A stretch of 64,000 nucleotides of DNA from Fibrobacter succinogenes (GCA_902776765.1 CACYRP010000001.1:25144-89143); one strand, 5' to 3'; counted from the stretch's first letter, positions 28,816-38,740 are shown. Made by a program: numbers and translations. The notes: generated by a model not told the origin, from the sequence alone.

Positions 28816-28918
28816 TGGGGAATTTGGATCTTTGAATTCAGAATTCTAACTAGATTTACCTCTATTTGCAGTTATCTAGCAACTATTAACTAGTGACTAA
28901 TAACTATATTGCATATTG

Positions 28919-30127
28919 ATGAAAAAGAATTCCTTATTCCTGGGACTCTTGTCCCTTACGCTTTTCGCGTGCTATAGCCCTGATCCGTTTGTTGCGGATT
29001 ATTCCGAAAATTCTGGTTCAGGCAGCGAAGAAACTGCAATCGGAAAATTATTTCCGGTAGATGGTGACGAAAATAATGCTGAGCAAACCTGCAATCCTTC
29101 GGTCTCGCAAGATACCGTGAATTTCCCGGCATCGATGCTTTGGCTCAACTTTAGCAATCTTAATGTGAAAAAGCATGATGCAGGCTATTCTATGACTAAC
29201 GTAAGGCAGCATGACCGTTTGACGGTTTCGGATACCGCGAATAATGTAAAGTGGTATTTGATGCGCGACCTTTCCAAGGGCGAGTGCCAGTTCCAAGATC
29301 CGGAATGGAGTACGCATCCTGATTTCATTATTGCGTTGCGCGGTCAAGACCCTGATGGTAGCACGAGTTGCCCGGATGTTTTGGACTTTGGCATATTTGC
29401 TGTTCGTACCGCAGATAAAGCCAAGTTTTGGTTCTTCGATAAGGGAATTATCGAAACGGCTACGCCGCATTTGTGGGTGAATCCTGCAGCCAAGTTTGAT
29501 AAGGATGGTGATATCTCGACCGTGGAAGGCTTCTTTGGCACGAACAATGTTCGCTTGACCTATGTTGATGGCGATAATAATAGTTCGCAACATATCGTGT
29601 TTATCGATTTTGCGAATGGTGGTAAAGAGAAGGCTATTAAGCTAAAGAAACCTAAAGACCGTAGCGATTGGGGCGTTGAAAGCCCGATGATTTCCCCGGA
29701 TGGAAACTTTGTCGTTTATGCAATGGAAAAGAATGCGAGTACGTGGGAATCTTATATTCAGGAACTTTCGGAAAGTGCCGAACCGATTAAGATTGAACGC
29801 ACGAAGGATATGGTGTCGGACCCGTCTCAACCGCATTGGTTTGAATTTGGTGGCCGCTTGTTTGTGCTGTGGACGGAGTTCACGTCTACCGAGGGCGGTT
29901 ATTTCAATACAATCGATTTGAATGAATCGTCTGCACAAGATGGTTCTGTTGGACGAACGGTGATGCGTGAAATTCGTTTAACGGCTGGCGCTCCGAAAGA
30001 CATCTTTATGGAATGGGTCGGGGGGAACATTGAACTTGCTCCGATTCCCATGATTGGTGGCCGTACTCCTGATGGCAAGTTCCTGGCGACTGGTTATAAA
30101 TACGCGTATTTGCTTAAGCTTCCGTGA
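28919..30127 (+). CDS. hypothetical lipoprotein (possible beta-propeller)
   Basis: MKKNSLFLGLLSLTLFAC lipobox. ISPDGNFVVYA resembles a TolB/WD40-like blade. Confidence 0.55.
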   Translation: MKKNSLFLGLLSLTLFACYSPDPFVADYSENSGSGSEETAIGKLFPVDGDENNAEQTCNPSVSQDTVNFPASMLWLNFSNLNVKKHDAGYSMTNVRQHDRLTVSDTANNVKWYLMRDLSKGECQFQDPEWSTHPDFIIALRGQDPDGSTSCPDVLDFGIFAVRTADKAKFWFFDKGIIETATPHLWVNPAAKFDKDGDISTVEGFFGTNNVRLTYVDGDNNSSQHIVFIDFANGGKEKAIKLKKPKDRSDWGVESPMISPDGNFVVYAMEKNASTWESYIQELSESAEPIKIERTKDMVSDPSQPHWFEFGGRLFVLWTEFTSTEGGYFNTIDLNESSAQDGSVGRTVMREIRLTAGAPKDIFMEWVGGNIELAPIPMIGGRTPDGKFLATGYKYAYLLKLP

Positions 30128-30135
30128 GGTTCGAC

Positions 30136-31257
30136 ATGAAAAAGAATTTTTTGATTGAAGGTTGTTCTCTTGTCGCACTTGTTGCGGTTGCTTTTTATGC
30201 AGGTTTCAATTCTCCTGTAGCGCCTTCGACTCCGTGGGAGTCCATCGGCGGTTGCGGTGCTGGCGGTTCTGGTGGCGGTTCTGGCGATGGCATCAAGTGG
30301 ATTGGCCAAGGCGTTTCTGGCGGTTATCTTGAGGCGGAAGTCTTTACGAAGTACAATGTGGGGCAAAATTTCTCTGCTCTGACTGTGACGCCGCATTTCT
30401 CGATTAAGCCGACATGGGATACGAAGGTTGGCATTTCGATTCCGTTCATGAGCCATCAGGGCGAAGTGCAGTATCGTAGCAACCAACCTCCGGCGGACCG
30501 TAGCACCGGCGGCTTTGGCGATATCTCGTTTGATTTTTCGAAGACGATTGGCAGTGGCGGTGCAGCATCGCTTTCGGCATCGCTCTCGATTCCGACGGGG
30601 CAGTACGATATCAAGCGCGGTAAGGATGGCGGTAAGGAAATCTTGCCGAGCAGTTTCCAGAAGGGGAGCGGTCTTTATTCACTGACGCTTGGATGGGACT
30701 ACAGCCGCGATACGGACAAGGGCATCTGGCTCTATAGCTTGAGCTACACGCACCCGTTTGCGATGCATCTTTTCTCGGGCGAAAATGAATTTAACGACAG
30801 CTACTGGAGTAATCTCAATAAACATGGGGACCGCTTCAAGTACCGCTTTAAGCCGTATGGCGAAAACGATCTCGGCGCATTTACGCCGCCGTCTATTGGT
30901 GGTTCTATCGCTTATGGTTACCGTGGACGTTCTGGCATTGTGCAATCGTTTGGCCTGAACTTCTCGATTCCGCTGGGTGTGGCATGGATTTCTTCTGAAT
31001 CTGTTGGAAAATATGACCCGAGGCCGGATCCGGATCACCAGGCTTGGTCTATCTCGCTTGTGTACGGCTTGGAATTCTCGAACCCAGATTTCCCGGTGTT
31101 CCTCGCGTTCTCGCTCCCGATTCATGACAAGGCGGGTGGTGCCGATCCTATGAACGAGTATAGCGAAAAGCCCATGAAAAAATGGAACGCTCCGGACTGG
31201 AGCGATATCGGCCAACAGTGGACCATCGCCGTTGGCGTTAAGGGTAGCTTCTTCTAG
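30136..31257 (+). CDS. hypothetical outer-membrane beta-barrel protein
   Basis: N-terminal hydrophobic leader, Gly-rich linker, alternating-strand sequence, and a C-terminal GVKGSFF with terminal Phe typical of OMPs. Confidence 0.5.
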   Translation: MKKNFLIEGCSLVALVAVAFYAGFNSPVAPSTPWESIGGCGAGGSGGGSGDGIKWIGQGVSGGYLEAEVFTKYNVGQNFSALTVTPHFSIKPTWDTKVGISIPFMSHQGEVQYRSNQPPADRSTGGFGDISFDFSKTIGSGGAASLSASLSIPTGQYDIKRGKDGGKEILPSSFQKGSGLYSLTLGWDYSRDTDKGIWLYSLSYTHPFAMHLFSGENEFNDSYWSNLNKHGDRFKYRFKPYGENDLGAFTPPSIGGSIAYGYRGRSGIVQSFGLNFSIPLGVAWISSESVGKYDPRPDPDHQAWSISLVYGLEFSNPDFPVFLAFSLPIHDKAGGADPMNEYSEKPMKKWNAPDWSDIGQQWTIAVGVKGSFF

Positions 31258-31308
31258 TTTATATAAAATAGCGGCTTGACCGCAGTTGAAATTTTGAAAG
31301 GAGGAAGA

Positions 31309-32931
31309 ATGAAGATCTTTGCAGATAAAGACTTTTTGACTGTTTTGAAACGTTTTGCCCTGATGGGAACGGTCGCGCTTTTTGCGGCCTGCGGGGACGA
31401 TACCTCTTCCGTAAAACCGGTGGACGACGATCCTGGTTCGGAAATTTCGTCTTCGTCCGAAGAACCGAGCAGTTCTTCCGAGGACGTCGCCCGGAGTTCT
31501 TCAAGTTCGCTCAACGATGCATCCAGTAGTTCCGCCAAGTCGTCTTCGTCAGAACAGTCTTCGTCCGAACAGTCGAGCAGTTCTTCCAAGGGCGATGCCT
31601 TGAGTAGCGGTGCAGAATCCAGCAGCAGTAGCGAAACAGATGTGTCCAGCAGTTCTGTAACCTTGAAGGAGTTCCCTCTAGAATCATACACGAAGGACAG
31701 CTTCAAGAATCCGGACATTGAATACCAGACAATGACGGACGAGCGCGATGGCCATGTCTACAGGATAGTGACTATCGGTACGGGCGACAGCGCGATGACC
31801 TGGATGGCGGAGAACCTGAACTTCTCGGAAAATACAACGGACAGCGCGCTATCAATAAATCTGAAATCCCAGACGTCGTGCCCGTTCGGGAAGGCGGAAA
31901 GTTGCGGTATTCTAGGGCGTCTCTACACTTGGACTGCTGCCATGAACATCAGCGAAGGCTACAAGGATTCCATTCCGAGCGCAAAAAAGATTGTGCCAAT
32001 CAGGAACCATCAGGGGGTCTGCCCTGCTGGCTGGCATGTGCCGACAATGGACGAGTACCTGTCGCTGTATCACAGGGTAGAAGAAAAGCTTGGCCTAAGC
32101 AAGCAGGGACTTGCACTGAAGTCGAAGGCGGGCTGGGATGATTCCCTGAGTGCGGATAACGATATTTTTGGTCTTTCGTTTGTTCCTGGGTATGCTTCTG
32201 AATGGGGCGAATTCATGGGCTATGCTTGGCTAGCCGATGTAGATTATGCGAGATCGAATTCGACGACGAGGATTGTTTTCGAAACAAATGTCAATTACAC
32301 CTTCTTTAATGGTGGACTTGCCGAATGGGATGCCTATGTCCGCTGCGTGAAGAATAAGGACGTGGCTTCCGGAAAGTTCAAGGATTCTCGTGACGGAAAA
32401 TATTACAAGTACGCCTATATCGGGAATACAAGGTGGATGGCGGAAAACCTGAATTATGGAAACGATAGCCTGGGGAAGTGCTTCTGGGATGACGACGAAA
32501 ACTGCTCGGAGTATGGCCGGTTCTATACTTATGAAGAAGCCCGGACAGTTTGCCCCGACGGCTGGAGATTGCCGACCGAAAATGATTTCTCTGAACTTGT
32601 GGAGAATGTTGGCGGGTCGGAAAATGCCGCCGTTTACCTGCGTTCGACGGAATGGGGTGGAGATTTGCCGGGCATAAATGCTTATGGCTTTTCTGCAAAG
32701 CCGACCGGTTTATTCCGTTGGGGAAAAACTACAGATAATTTTGGCCGCGTAGAACCGCAGTTGGGCTTCAGTTCCGGGTCGTTCCATATGTGGCTAAGTT
32801 CCGTGAATGGCTTGCTTATGGTGACGATATTGGATTGGTCGAATTCTTCTTATAGCGTAATGGGAGCGTTATCCATCAACATAGATGGCGTAAACGAATC
32901 GCCTCTTATCCCGGTCCGCTGCGTCCAGTAA
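31309..32931 (+). CDS. FISUMP (TIGR02145) domain lipoprotein, two domain copies
   Basis: Lipobox LFAAC and a Ser-rich linker. Two copies of ..DGxxY..IG...WMAENLN..C..YGRLYTW..CP.GWHVPT. GGAGG precedes the ATG at codon 12. Confidence 0.8.
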   Translation: MKIFADKDFLTVLKRFALMGTVALFAACGDDTSSVKPVDDDPGSEISSSSEEPSSSSEDVARSSSSSLNDASSSSAKSSSSEQSSSEQSSSSSKGDALSSGAESSSSSETDVSSSSVTLKEFPLESYTKDSFKNPDIEYQTMTDERDGHVYRIVTIGTGDSAMTWMAENLNFSENTTDSALSINLKSQTSCPFGKAESCGILGRLYTWTAAMNISEGYKDSIPSAKKIVPIRNHQGVCPAGWHVPTMDEYLSLYHRVEEKLGLSKQGLALKSKAGWDDSLSADNDIFGLSFVPGYASEWGEFMGYAWLADVDYARSNSTTRIVFETNVNYTFFNGGLAEWDAYVRCVKNKDVASGKFKDSRDGKYYKYAYIGNTRWMAENLNYGNDSLGKCFWDDDENCSEYGRFYTYEEARTVCPDGWRLPTENDFSELVENVGGSENAAVYLRSTEWGGDLPGINAYGFSAKPTGLFRWGKTTDNFGRVEPQLGFSSGSFHMWLSSVNGLLMVTILDWSNSSYSVMGALSINIDGVNESPLIPVRCVQ

Positions 32932-32937
32932 CTATGC

Positions 32938-33867
32938 CTACGCTCGCGGGTGAGTCTTTTTGAAGGCCTCGCGGAGGCGTTCGGCGTTCACGTGCGTGTA
33001 GATTTGCGTTGTCGAGATGTTCGAATGCCCAAGCATTTCTTTTACGCTCATGATTTCGGCGCCGTTTTCGAGCAGGTGCGTGGCGAAGCTGTGGCGCAGC
33101 ACGTGCGGGCTCGCTTTGCCTTCCCAGCCGATTTCTCGTAACAAATTATGGATGTCGCTCCTGAGAGTGCGAACATCGTAAGGTTTTCCGTTTTCATTTA
33201 AGAATACAGGACTTGTGATGCTTGGTGCATGTCCTGCTTCAATTTCAGCGGTGCGGAACTGCTCTAGCCAAGAAATTAGTGTGTCTGTGATGGGAACGAT
33301 GCGTTCCTTATTGCCTTTACCGATAACACGAACGAGTTTTTCTTTTATTTGTAATTGGTTCCAGCAAAGACTTTGGCATTCCGAAATTCGGAGCCCAGAC
33401 CCGTAAATGAGTTCCAGCAAAAACCTTGCACGGATTTGCTGTAGCGTTGGTTTTTCTGGCAACTCGGGGAACTTCTCTTGGGCGAGGTCTTTTTGCCCGA
33501 GGAATGACACAAGCCGCTTGGGGCGCTTGGGCATGGGGACTGCTTCGGCGGGATTCTTGTTGAGAATCTTGGAGCGGACGAGGTATTTCCCGAAACTTTT
33601 GAGTGCGGCGAGGTGCTCGCAGATGCTGGTCGGCGCCAGTTTCTGCTTGATTTTTAAATCCCACACAAAATTTTTAACGTTTGTTTCGGAAAATGTGTCT
33701 AGCGTCACATTGTTAGCGATATCACTTTGGGCGGTATGTCCATTACCTACAAGCATCGAATGGTATTTTTCTAGCGATTTTCGGTATGTTTCGACCGTTC
33801 TTTCGGAATACCTTCGCTGTGTTTGCAGGTATATCAAAAAATTTTGGATGTATTCGTTTAAAAGCAT
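32938..33867 (-). CDS. tyrosine site-specific recombinase, XerC/XerD family
   Basis: 309 aa. N-terminal SAM-like domain (FLIYLQTQRRYSERTVETYRKSL), GLRISE, HVLRHSFATHLLENGAEI..LGHSNISTTQIYTHV. Confidence 0.85.
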   Translation of the reverse strand: MLLNEYIQNFLIYLQTQRRYSERTVETYRKSLEKYHSMLVGNGHTAQSDIANNVTLDTFSETNVKNFVWDLKIKQKLAPTSICEHLAALKSFGKYLVRSKILNKNPAEAVPMPKRPKRLVSFLGQKDLAQEKFPELPEKPTLQQIRARFLLELIYGSGLRISECQSLCWNQLQIKEKLVRVIGKGNKERIVPITDTLISWLEQFRTAEIEAGHAPSITSPVFLNENGKPYDVRTLRSDIHNLLREIGWEGKASPHVLRHSFATHLLENGAEIMSVKEMLGHSNISTTQIYTHVNAERLREAFKKTHPRA

Positions 33868-33918
33868 TTTTTTTTATTGTTTACGAAAGAAAAAATAATC
33901 TATCTTAGATGTCACCAA

Positions 33919-35274
33919 ATGTCTTTTTTGAAAAAAAATATTTCTTTGCGGTCTTGTTTCCTTGCCTGTGCGCTTGTTTCGTCGGCTTATGCTGCCGATC
34001 GCGTGGTGGGCGCGAATGCAACTCTTGATATTCAGCCAGGTGCGCGTTCTGCGGCCTTGGGTTCAACGACTTTAGCGGTTGAAGGTGATTATCTTGGACT
34101 TGGCACGAATGCGTACCAGCTTACGCAGGCTAAGTATATGTGGGCGTCTTTCTCGCATACGGCGTACTACGAAGATACCAAGTACGATTACGCGTCGATG
34201 GTTATCCCGCTCCCGAAAAATCAGGGTATCGGAGTTTCGTTCTCTAGATTTGGTGCCGATGATATACCCTACATTCGCGAAGGCGATCCGCTGCCGGAAG
34301 GTTCGGACTACAATACGCTTTCGATTGCGGACTGGGTATTCTCAGTAGCATGGGGCCGCCGCATTATTGACCGCTTGGACTTGGGTATTGCCTTCCATGT
34401 GCTTTACCGCGATATGGACCAGAGCGGCTGGGGTTTCCGTGGCGATGCGAGTGCGCGTTACCAGATTAAGGATGACTTTTATGTCGCGGGCCTTTTGAAA
34501 GGCTGGACTTCGTCGGCTGTAACTTGGGAATCGGGCGAGTTTGAATATTCCTCACCTGAGTTTTACGTGGCTTTGAGCTATGGCCTGCCTGTGCAATACC
34601 TTTATGGCAAGTTCAATTTCTATTGGCAGAGTGCTGGATTTTTCCATCGAGAAGCTAGGGATTTGGATTATGAGACCGATAGAAACGGCAAACGCATTTG
34701 GGAAAATCCCCTGGATTGGCTGTCTGGCGGTCGTGGTGGTGTCGAATTTGCATTTGACTTTGGGCTCAAGTTGCGCGCTGGTCTCAGCAGCTTTACGACG
34801 TTCAAAAGTGTAACGGCGGGTGCCGGTCTTACGATTGCGAATTTCTTCGTCGTGGATTACGCGTTTGAATCGCATCCTGTGTTCTCTCCGGTGCATCGCG
34901 TGAGCGTGAGCTTTAGCCCGTACCTCTTTGGACATAAGCCAAGAGAAGAAGGCCACTTGAGCAAGACTGCTGCCGCAAAGAAACTTGTGACCGAAGAAGA
35001 ATTGCCTGCTGAAGATTTTGTGGAAGAACGTGTTCCGGAACCGGTTGTGGAACCTGTTGCTCCGGTGGTTGCCCCTGTGGATTCTGTTGTGAAAGCAACT
35101 TCGACAGCGCCTGCGAATTCTGTAGCGCCTGTGGTTTCTCCGGTGGCTCCTGAAGTGAATGCTCCGGCATCGACGCCTGCAACGTCAACAACTCCCCAAG
35201 CTCCTGCCAATGTGCCCGTGACTCCTGCACCAACAACTCCGATTATCGAAACTGATGATGAAATATTGGAATAA
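33919..35274 (+). CDS. outer-membrane beta-barrel, PorV/PorQ-like, with Pro/Val/Ala-rich tail
   Basis: Signal peptide ..LVSSAYA. DIQPGARSAALGSTTLAV resembles the PorV/PorQ family N-motif. The C-terminal 90 aa or so are low complexity (PVVEPVAPVVAPV..). Confidence 0.4.
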   Translation: MSFLKKNISLRSCFLACALVSSAYAADRVVGANATLDIQPGARSAALGSTTLAVEGDYLGLGTNAYQLTQAKYMWASFSHTAYYEDTKYDYASMVIPLPKNQGIGVSFSRFGADDIPYIREGDPLPEGSDYNTLSIADWVFSVAWGRRIIDRLDLGIAFHVLYRDMDQSGWGFRGDASARYQIKDDFYVAGLLKGWTSSAVTWESGEFEYSSPEFYVALSYGLPVQYLYGKFNFYWQSAGFFHREARDLDYETDRNGKRIWENPLDWLSGGRGGVEFAFDFGLKLRAGLSSFTTFKSVTAGAGLTIANFFVVDYAFESHPVFSPVHRVSVSFSPYLFGHKPREEGHLSKTAAAKKLVTEEELPAEDFVEERVPEPVVEPVAPVVAPVDSVVKATSTAPANSVAPVVSPVAPEVNAPASTPATSTTPQAPANVPVTPAPTTPIIETDDEILE

Positions 35275-35289
35275 CGCAATGGAGTAGTT

Positions 35290-35937
35290 ATGGCTGATTT
35301 AAAGAAGGTCGGTTTATTCATTTTGCTTCCAGCTCCACTCAATCCGATTGGGGCGTTCGATGCCGAAGTCTTCAAGGCTTATTTTCACTCTGTAATAGCT
35401 TCAAATTCCAAAGTCAAGTTTGTTGCTGTGGATTTGTCGGGCCTAGATTTTGTTTATAGCGATGCGTACAATGCCTTTATGCAGTTCCATCAGGAACTAT
35501 TGAAGAGAAAAGGGACGTTTGCGGTCATTACGAATAAGGAATCCCTTGCGAAAAGCCTCAAAAAAGTAGGACTCGAACGCTTTATTCGAATTTTCAAGAG
35601 CGAAAAGGACTTGCTGGATTACGTTCCTGTGGATATTTCGACGGTCAAGGTGCCGACTGTTCCTGCGGTTCGGCGGGTAAAGAAAGTTCCTTTGGTAAGG
35701 AAGAGCACTGTCTTGCCTGTTGCGCCTAAACCGATGCCTAAGCCTGTTGCCGCCCCAAAACCTCAGCTGGTAGAATCTCGACTTTTAGAGGTTGAATCTA
35801 GACTATTAGAGGTCGAATCAAGACTTTTGGATAAGAACCCGTTGGTGGATGAATCATCGTCGTCGAAGGGGCCTCTCGTTGTCATAATCGTGCTGTTGCT
35901 CATTGTAGTAGCTCTAGTTTGTTATCTTGTCTTGTAA
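35290..35937 (+). CDS. STAS-domain protein with tandem heptad repeats and C-terminal TM anchor
   Basis: VKFVAVDLSGLDFVYSDAYNAF..FAVITNKESLAKSLKKVGLERFIRIF is SpoIIAA-like. (VESRLLE)x3. Terminal LVVIIVLLLIVVALVCYLVL. Confidence 0.55.
   Translation: MADLKKVGLFILLPAPLNPIGAFDAEVFKAYFHSVIASNSKVKFVAVDLSGLDFVYSDAYNAFMQFHQELLKRKGTFAVITNKESLAKSLKKVGLERFIRIFKSEKDLLDYVPVDISTVKVPTVPAVRRVKKVPLVRKSTVLPVAPKPMPKPVAAPKPQLVESRLLEVESRLLEVESRLLDKNPLVDESSSSKGPLVVIIVLLLIVVALVCYLVL
35770..35832 (+). repeat. 3 x 21-nt in-frame tandem repeat
   Basis: GTAGAATCTCGACTTTTAGAG / GTTGAATCTAGACTATTAGAG / GTCGAATCAAGACTTTTGGAT. The differences are largely synonymous. Confidence 0.85.
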
Positions 35938-35940
35938 GCG

Positions 35941-36855
35941 ATGGCTGTAGAATTTTCAGAGTATCAAGGGAAAAAAAGAAAAAAGCGGGTTCGTCGTAAA
36001 TTCCCGTTGATAAGGATTGTTTTAGTCTTTTCCTTGATTATTGTGGCCTATACAAACGGTTGGTTCCACAAGTTGGTGGATAAGCTTCCGTTGCCTGGGA
36101 ACGAAGAAATCCCGGCTCCGGTTGTTGAAGAATGGATTGCCGGTTGCACATCGTATGACGGTACTCCGTTCGAACTCAAGAAAGGCTATGCGCAGTGTTC
36201 GTGGATCGTTAATGATTCTTTAGAACTCCCGAACGCTTTTTTGCGCTATGTAAAGAACCTGGTTAGCGATGGTGCGAAAATCCATTGGGTGGCATCCAAG
36301 AGAGATTTTGGCGATGCGCTCCTTGTCGTGCTTGAGGATTCTACTCGTCATGTTTTTTTGCATATGAAACGTGAGGATTCTTCGAAGGTCTGGATTTCGA
36401 GCAAGACCGGTTGCCTATTCCCTGGGCCGTGCCCGCATGTTCCGCTGGGTTGGTCGGCCCTTGCGATTGTCGATAACTTTGACTTTGAAGGCCTGGAACA
36501 GTTGCTTTCGGCAGATTTGTTTAAGGGCCTTGGCGAAGCTCCGATTTACCCGGTATTGCCGGGAATTGTGCTTGAAGCGGGGCGCGATTCGCTAGGTATG
36601 TTTGTGGAATTTGACCACGGCAATGGAATTACTTCGCGCATGTTCGGTATAGGCTCTTGGAAAATGGCACCTACTGTTGGCAAGAGGCTTGGCATCGATG
36701 ATGCTGTGGGGCGCCTCTCGCCGCAAGATAGCGCATCGTTTTTCTTGACCGTCCGCCAAAACGGTTTATTCGTGCGCTGGAAAGATTTTTACAAGGCGAC
36801 GCATCCGGTAGATTCAGCCCAAATTGCTATATTCAAAAAGAATCTGCCTTTTTGA
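35941..36855 (+). CDS. membrane-anchored protein with degenerate LytM/M23-like domain
   Basis: N-terminal basic stretch plus TM. GMFVEFDHGNGITSRMFGIG..VGKRLGIDDAVGRL follows the M23 layout but lacks the HxH metal ligands. Confidence 0.45.
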   Translation: MAVEFSEYQGKKRKKRVRRKFPLIRIVLVFSLIIVAYTNGWFHKLVDKLPLPGNEEIPAPVVEEWIAGCTSYDGTPFELKKGYAQCSWIVNDSLELPNAFLRYVKNLVSDGAKIHWVASKRDFGDALLVVLEDSTRHVFLHMKREDSSKVWISSKTGCLFPGPCPHVPLGWSALAIVDNFDFEGLEQLLSADLFKGLGEAPIYPVLPGIVLEAGRDSLGMFVEFDHGNGITSRMFGIGSWKMAPTVGKRLGIDDAVGRLSPQDSASFFLTVRQNGLFVRWKDFYKATHPVDSAQIAIFKKNLPF

Positions 36856-36865
36856 GTGAGTCTGT

Positions 36866-37984
36866 ATGAAGCGTAAGTTCGCAGCGATTTTCCCGGTTTA
36901 TTTGCTTTCTTTATTGATGGCGTTTTTTGCCTCGTGCGCACAGGATGGTGACGGCCCTCTCGATGTGATGCCGAACGGGGAACGCATCGAAGGCAGTGGG
37001 TACTTTTTGGGCGCTACGCTTGATTCTGGAAAGACGCTTCACCTGATTTCGGATACGCTCTATGTAACGCTTTCGCAGATTTGGTCTTTCTCGAATTGCT
37101 CGCTCACGTCGATCGATTTGAACGAAAGCGTAATCGATTCGCAGTTTGTGATTGCTCCGAAAATCAATATCAAGGTGAATACGGATGATTGCCCGGCGCC
37201 TATGTACCGCCCGGATACGACTTTCAAAATGGTGCTGAAAGATTTGCCTTCGCAGGTGACCCATGTGATTGTCAAGAACGATGTGGATTCTTTGCTGGAT
37301 TCTATCTTGCTGCGCCGTGGAAAACTGCAGCGCGATACGTTCAGCATCTTTATCGATTCCGCTTTTGCTGTGCATGATTCGCTCCCGTTGCGTACAAAAG
37401 AATCGCCTTCGATTTTGCGAGTGCTTGATTCCATTACGCCGCAAAAATTTTTCTGGCGAACGCTCCGTGCGAATTGCACGATGCGCGTTGATATGTGCAA
37501 CGAAGTTGTTGCCGATACAATTTATCCTAAGAGCTGGGATGTTTACGATACGGCGCTTGTGCCGGTGCGTTACGCCTGTGCTTCGTCGGATTCCGTTTAC
37601 TGCTTGAATACCAAGTGGGAATATGACTCGACTGCGCTTGGAAAGGTCAATGAACGATTGGATACGGTTTGGCACATGAGCACGTATTACGTCGAAAACA
37701 TTCCTTCGTGTGCTATGATGAATGGCTTTGCTAATAATGGTGGCTTTTTCTATAACAGTAAGGCTACTTTTGTACGTGAACTTTTTGTGCCTGATGAAAG
37801 CGAAAGCTCTTGCGGTCCTTCGACAAAGAAAGATTGGATAGCTTACCGATTAGAGAGCTATAACGTCTTGACGGAAAGTGCGGACGGCGAAAATAAAACA
37901 CAAATAGATAGTTTGTATAAAGTCTGGAAGTCGGCAACGGTTGCTCCTGATACGCTCCGTGCCGATACGACGGAGTCGAAATGA
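36866..37984 (+). CDS. hypothetical lipoprotein
   Basis: MKRKFAAIFPVYLLSLLMAFFASC lipobox. 372 aa, Cys-rich. I recognise no family. Confidence 0.5.
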   Translation: MKRKFAAIFPVYLLSLLMAFFASCAQDGDGPLDVMPNGERIEGSGYFLGATLDSGKTLHLISDTLYVTLSQIWSFSNCSLTSIDLNESVIDSQFVIAPKINIKVNTDDCPAPMYRPDTTFKMVLKDLPSQVTHVIVKNDVDSLLDSILLRRGKLQRDTFSIFIDSAFAVHDSLPLRTKESPSILRVLDSITPQKFFWRTLRANCTMRVDMCNEVVADTIYPKSWDVYDTALVPVRYACASSDSVYCLNTKWEYDSTALGKVNERLDTVWHMSTYYVENIPSCAMMNGFANNGGFFYNSKATFVRELFVPDESESSCGPSTKKDWIAYRLESYNVLTESADGENKTQIDSLYKVWKSATVAPDTLRADTTESK

Positions 37985-38694
37985 TTGAATATACCTTTGC
38001 TGCGGAAATTCCCGAAGAAGATAAACCGATAATTCTCGAAAGCAAGATTTACAAGCAGTGGCTTAATGCGACTGAAAAAAAGTTCAACATTACAAAGGTG
38101 CATTTTGCTGCGGTCGATTACTTTAGCAAAAAGCATGAGCCGCTGTTTATCAAGCTGAACGCGACGGCGTTCTTGCCGGATGGAAAACCGGTGCACGGGA
38201 TTGTGCTTGTGCGCGGGCATGCCGTGGGTGTGCTCGTTGTGCTCCATTGCGAAGGTAAGCGCTATTTGCTCCTGGTGCGCCAACCGCGATTTGCCATTTC
38301 AGAAACGGCATCGCTCGAAATCCCGGCGGGGATTCTCGATTGGACTGGCGATTTCCGCAAGGTGGCGCTTTCGGAACTAGAAGAAGAGGCGCAAATCAAG
38401 GCCGACGATTCTGAACTCATTGACTTGATGGACTTTTGGTATAAGGGTAAAAGCGATGGCTTTGCCGGAAGCTGCGGGCTTTTGGACGAGCGCATTCGCC
38501 TTTATGCGATTGAACGCCATGTGACGCGTGCTGAACTTGAAGCAATGGATGGCAAGAACCAGACTTACACCGACGAGAACGAATGGATCCGTACGGAAGT
38601 GCTGCCTTACGAAGAGGCTGCGCACCAGTTCATTGACGGAAAGAACTTTATTGCGCTGTTCTTGTACGAACGCTGGCTCGCATCTAGACGATAG
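37981..38694 (+). CDS. NUDIX hydrolase (ADP-ribose pyrophosphatase-like)
   Basis: Nudix box GILDWTGDFRKVALSELEEEAQI (Gx5Ex7REUxEExGU-like). ATGA overlap with the upstream gene. Confidence 0.8.
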   Translation: MIEYTFAAEIPEEDKPIILESKIYKQWLNATEKKFNITKVHFAAVDYFSKKHEPLFIKLNATAFLPDGKPVHGIVLVRGHAVGVLVVLHCEGKRYLLLVRQPRFAISETASLEIPAGILDWTGDFRKVALSELEEEAQIKADDSELIDLMDFWYKGKSDGFAGSCGLLDERIRLYAIERHVTRAELEAMDGKNQTYTDENEWIRTEVLPYEEAAHQFIDGKNFIALFLYERWLASRR

Positions 38695-38740
38695 AACGCT
38701 GCTTAGGTTGGTGAGCCTGCCGAACCACGTAGCTACAGAC

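Noticed and set aside
32938-33867. Tyrosine recombinase as a marker of an integrated mobile element
   Set aside because: It has full XerC/XerD-type architecture. There are no flanking direct repeats and no phage, transposase or conjugation genes, and the neighbours are ordinary envelope genes. It is most likely the chromosomal dimer-resolution recombinase.
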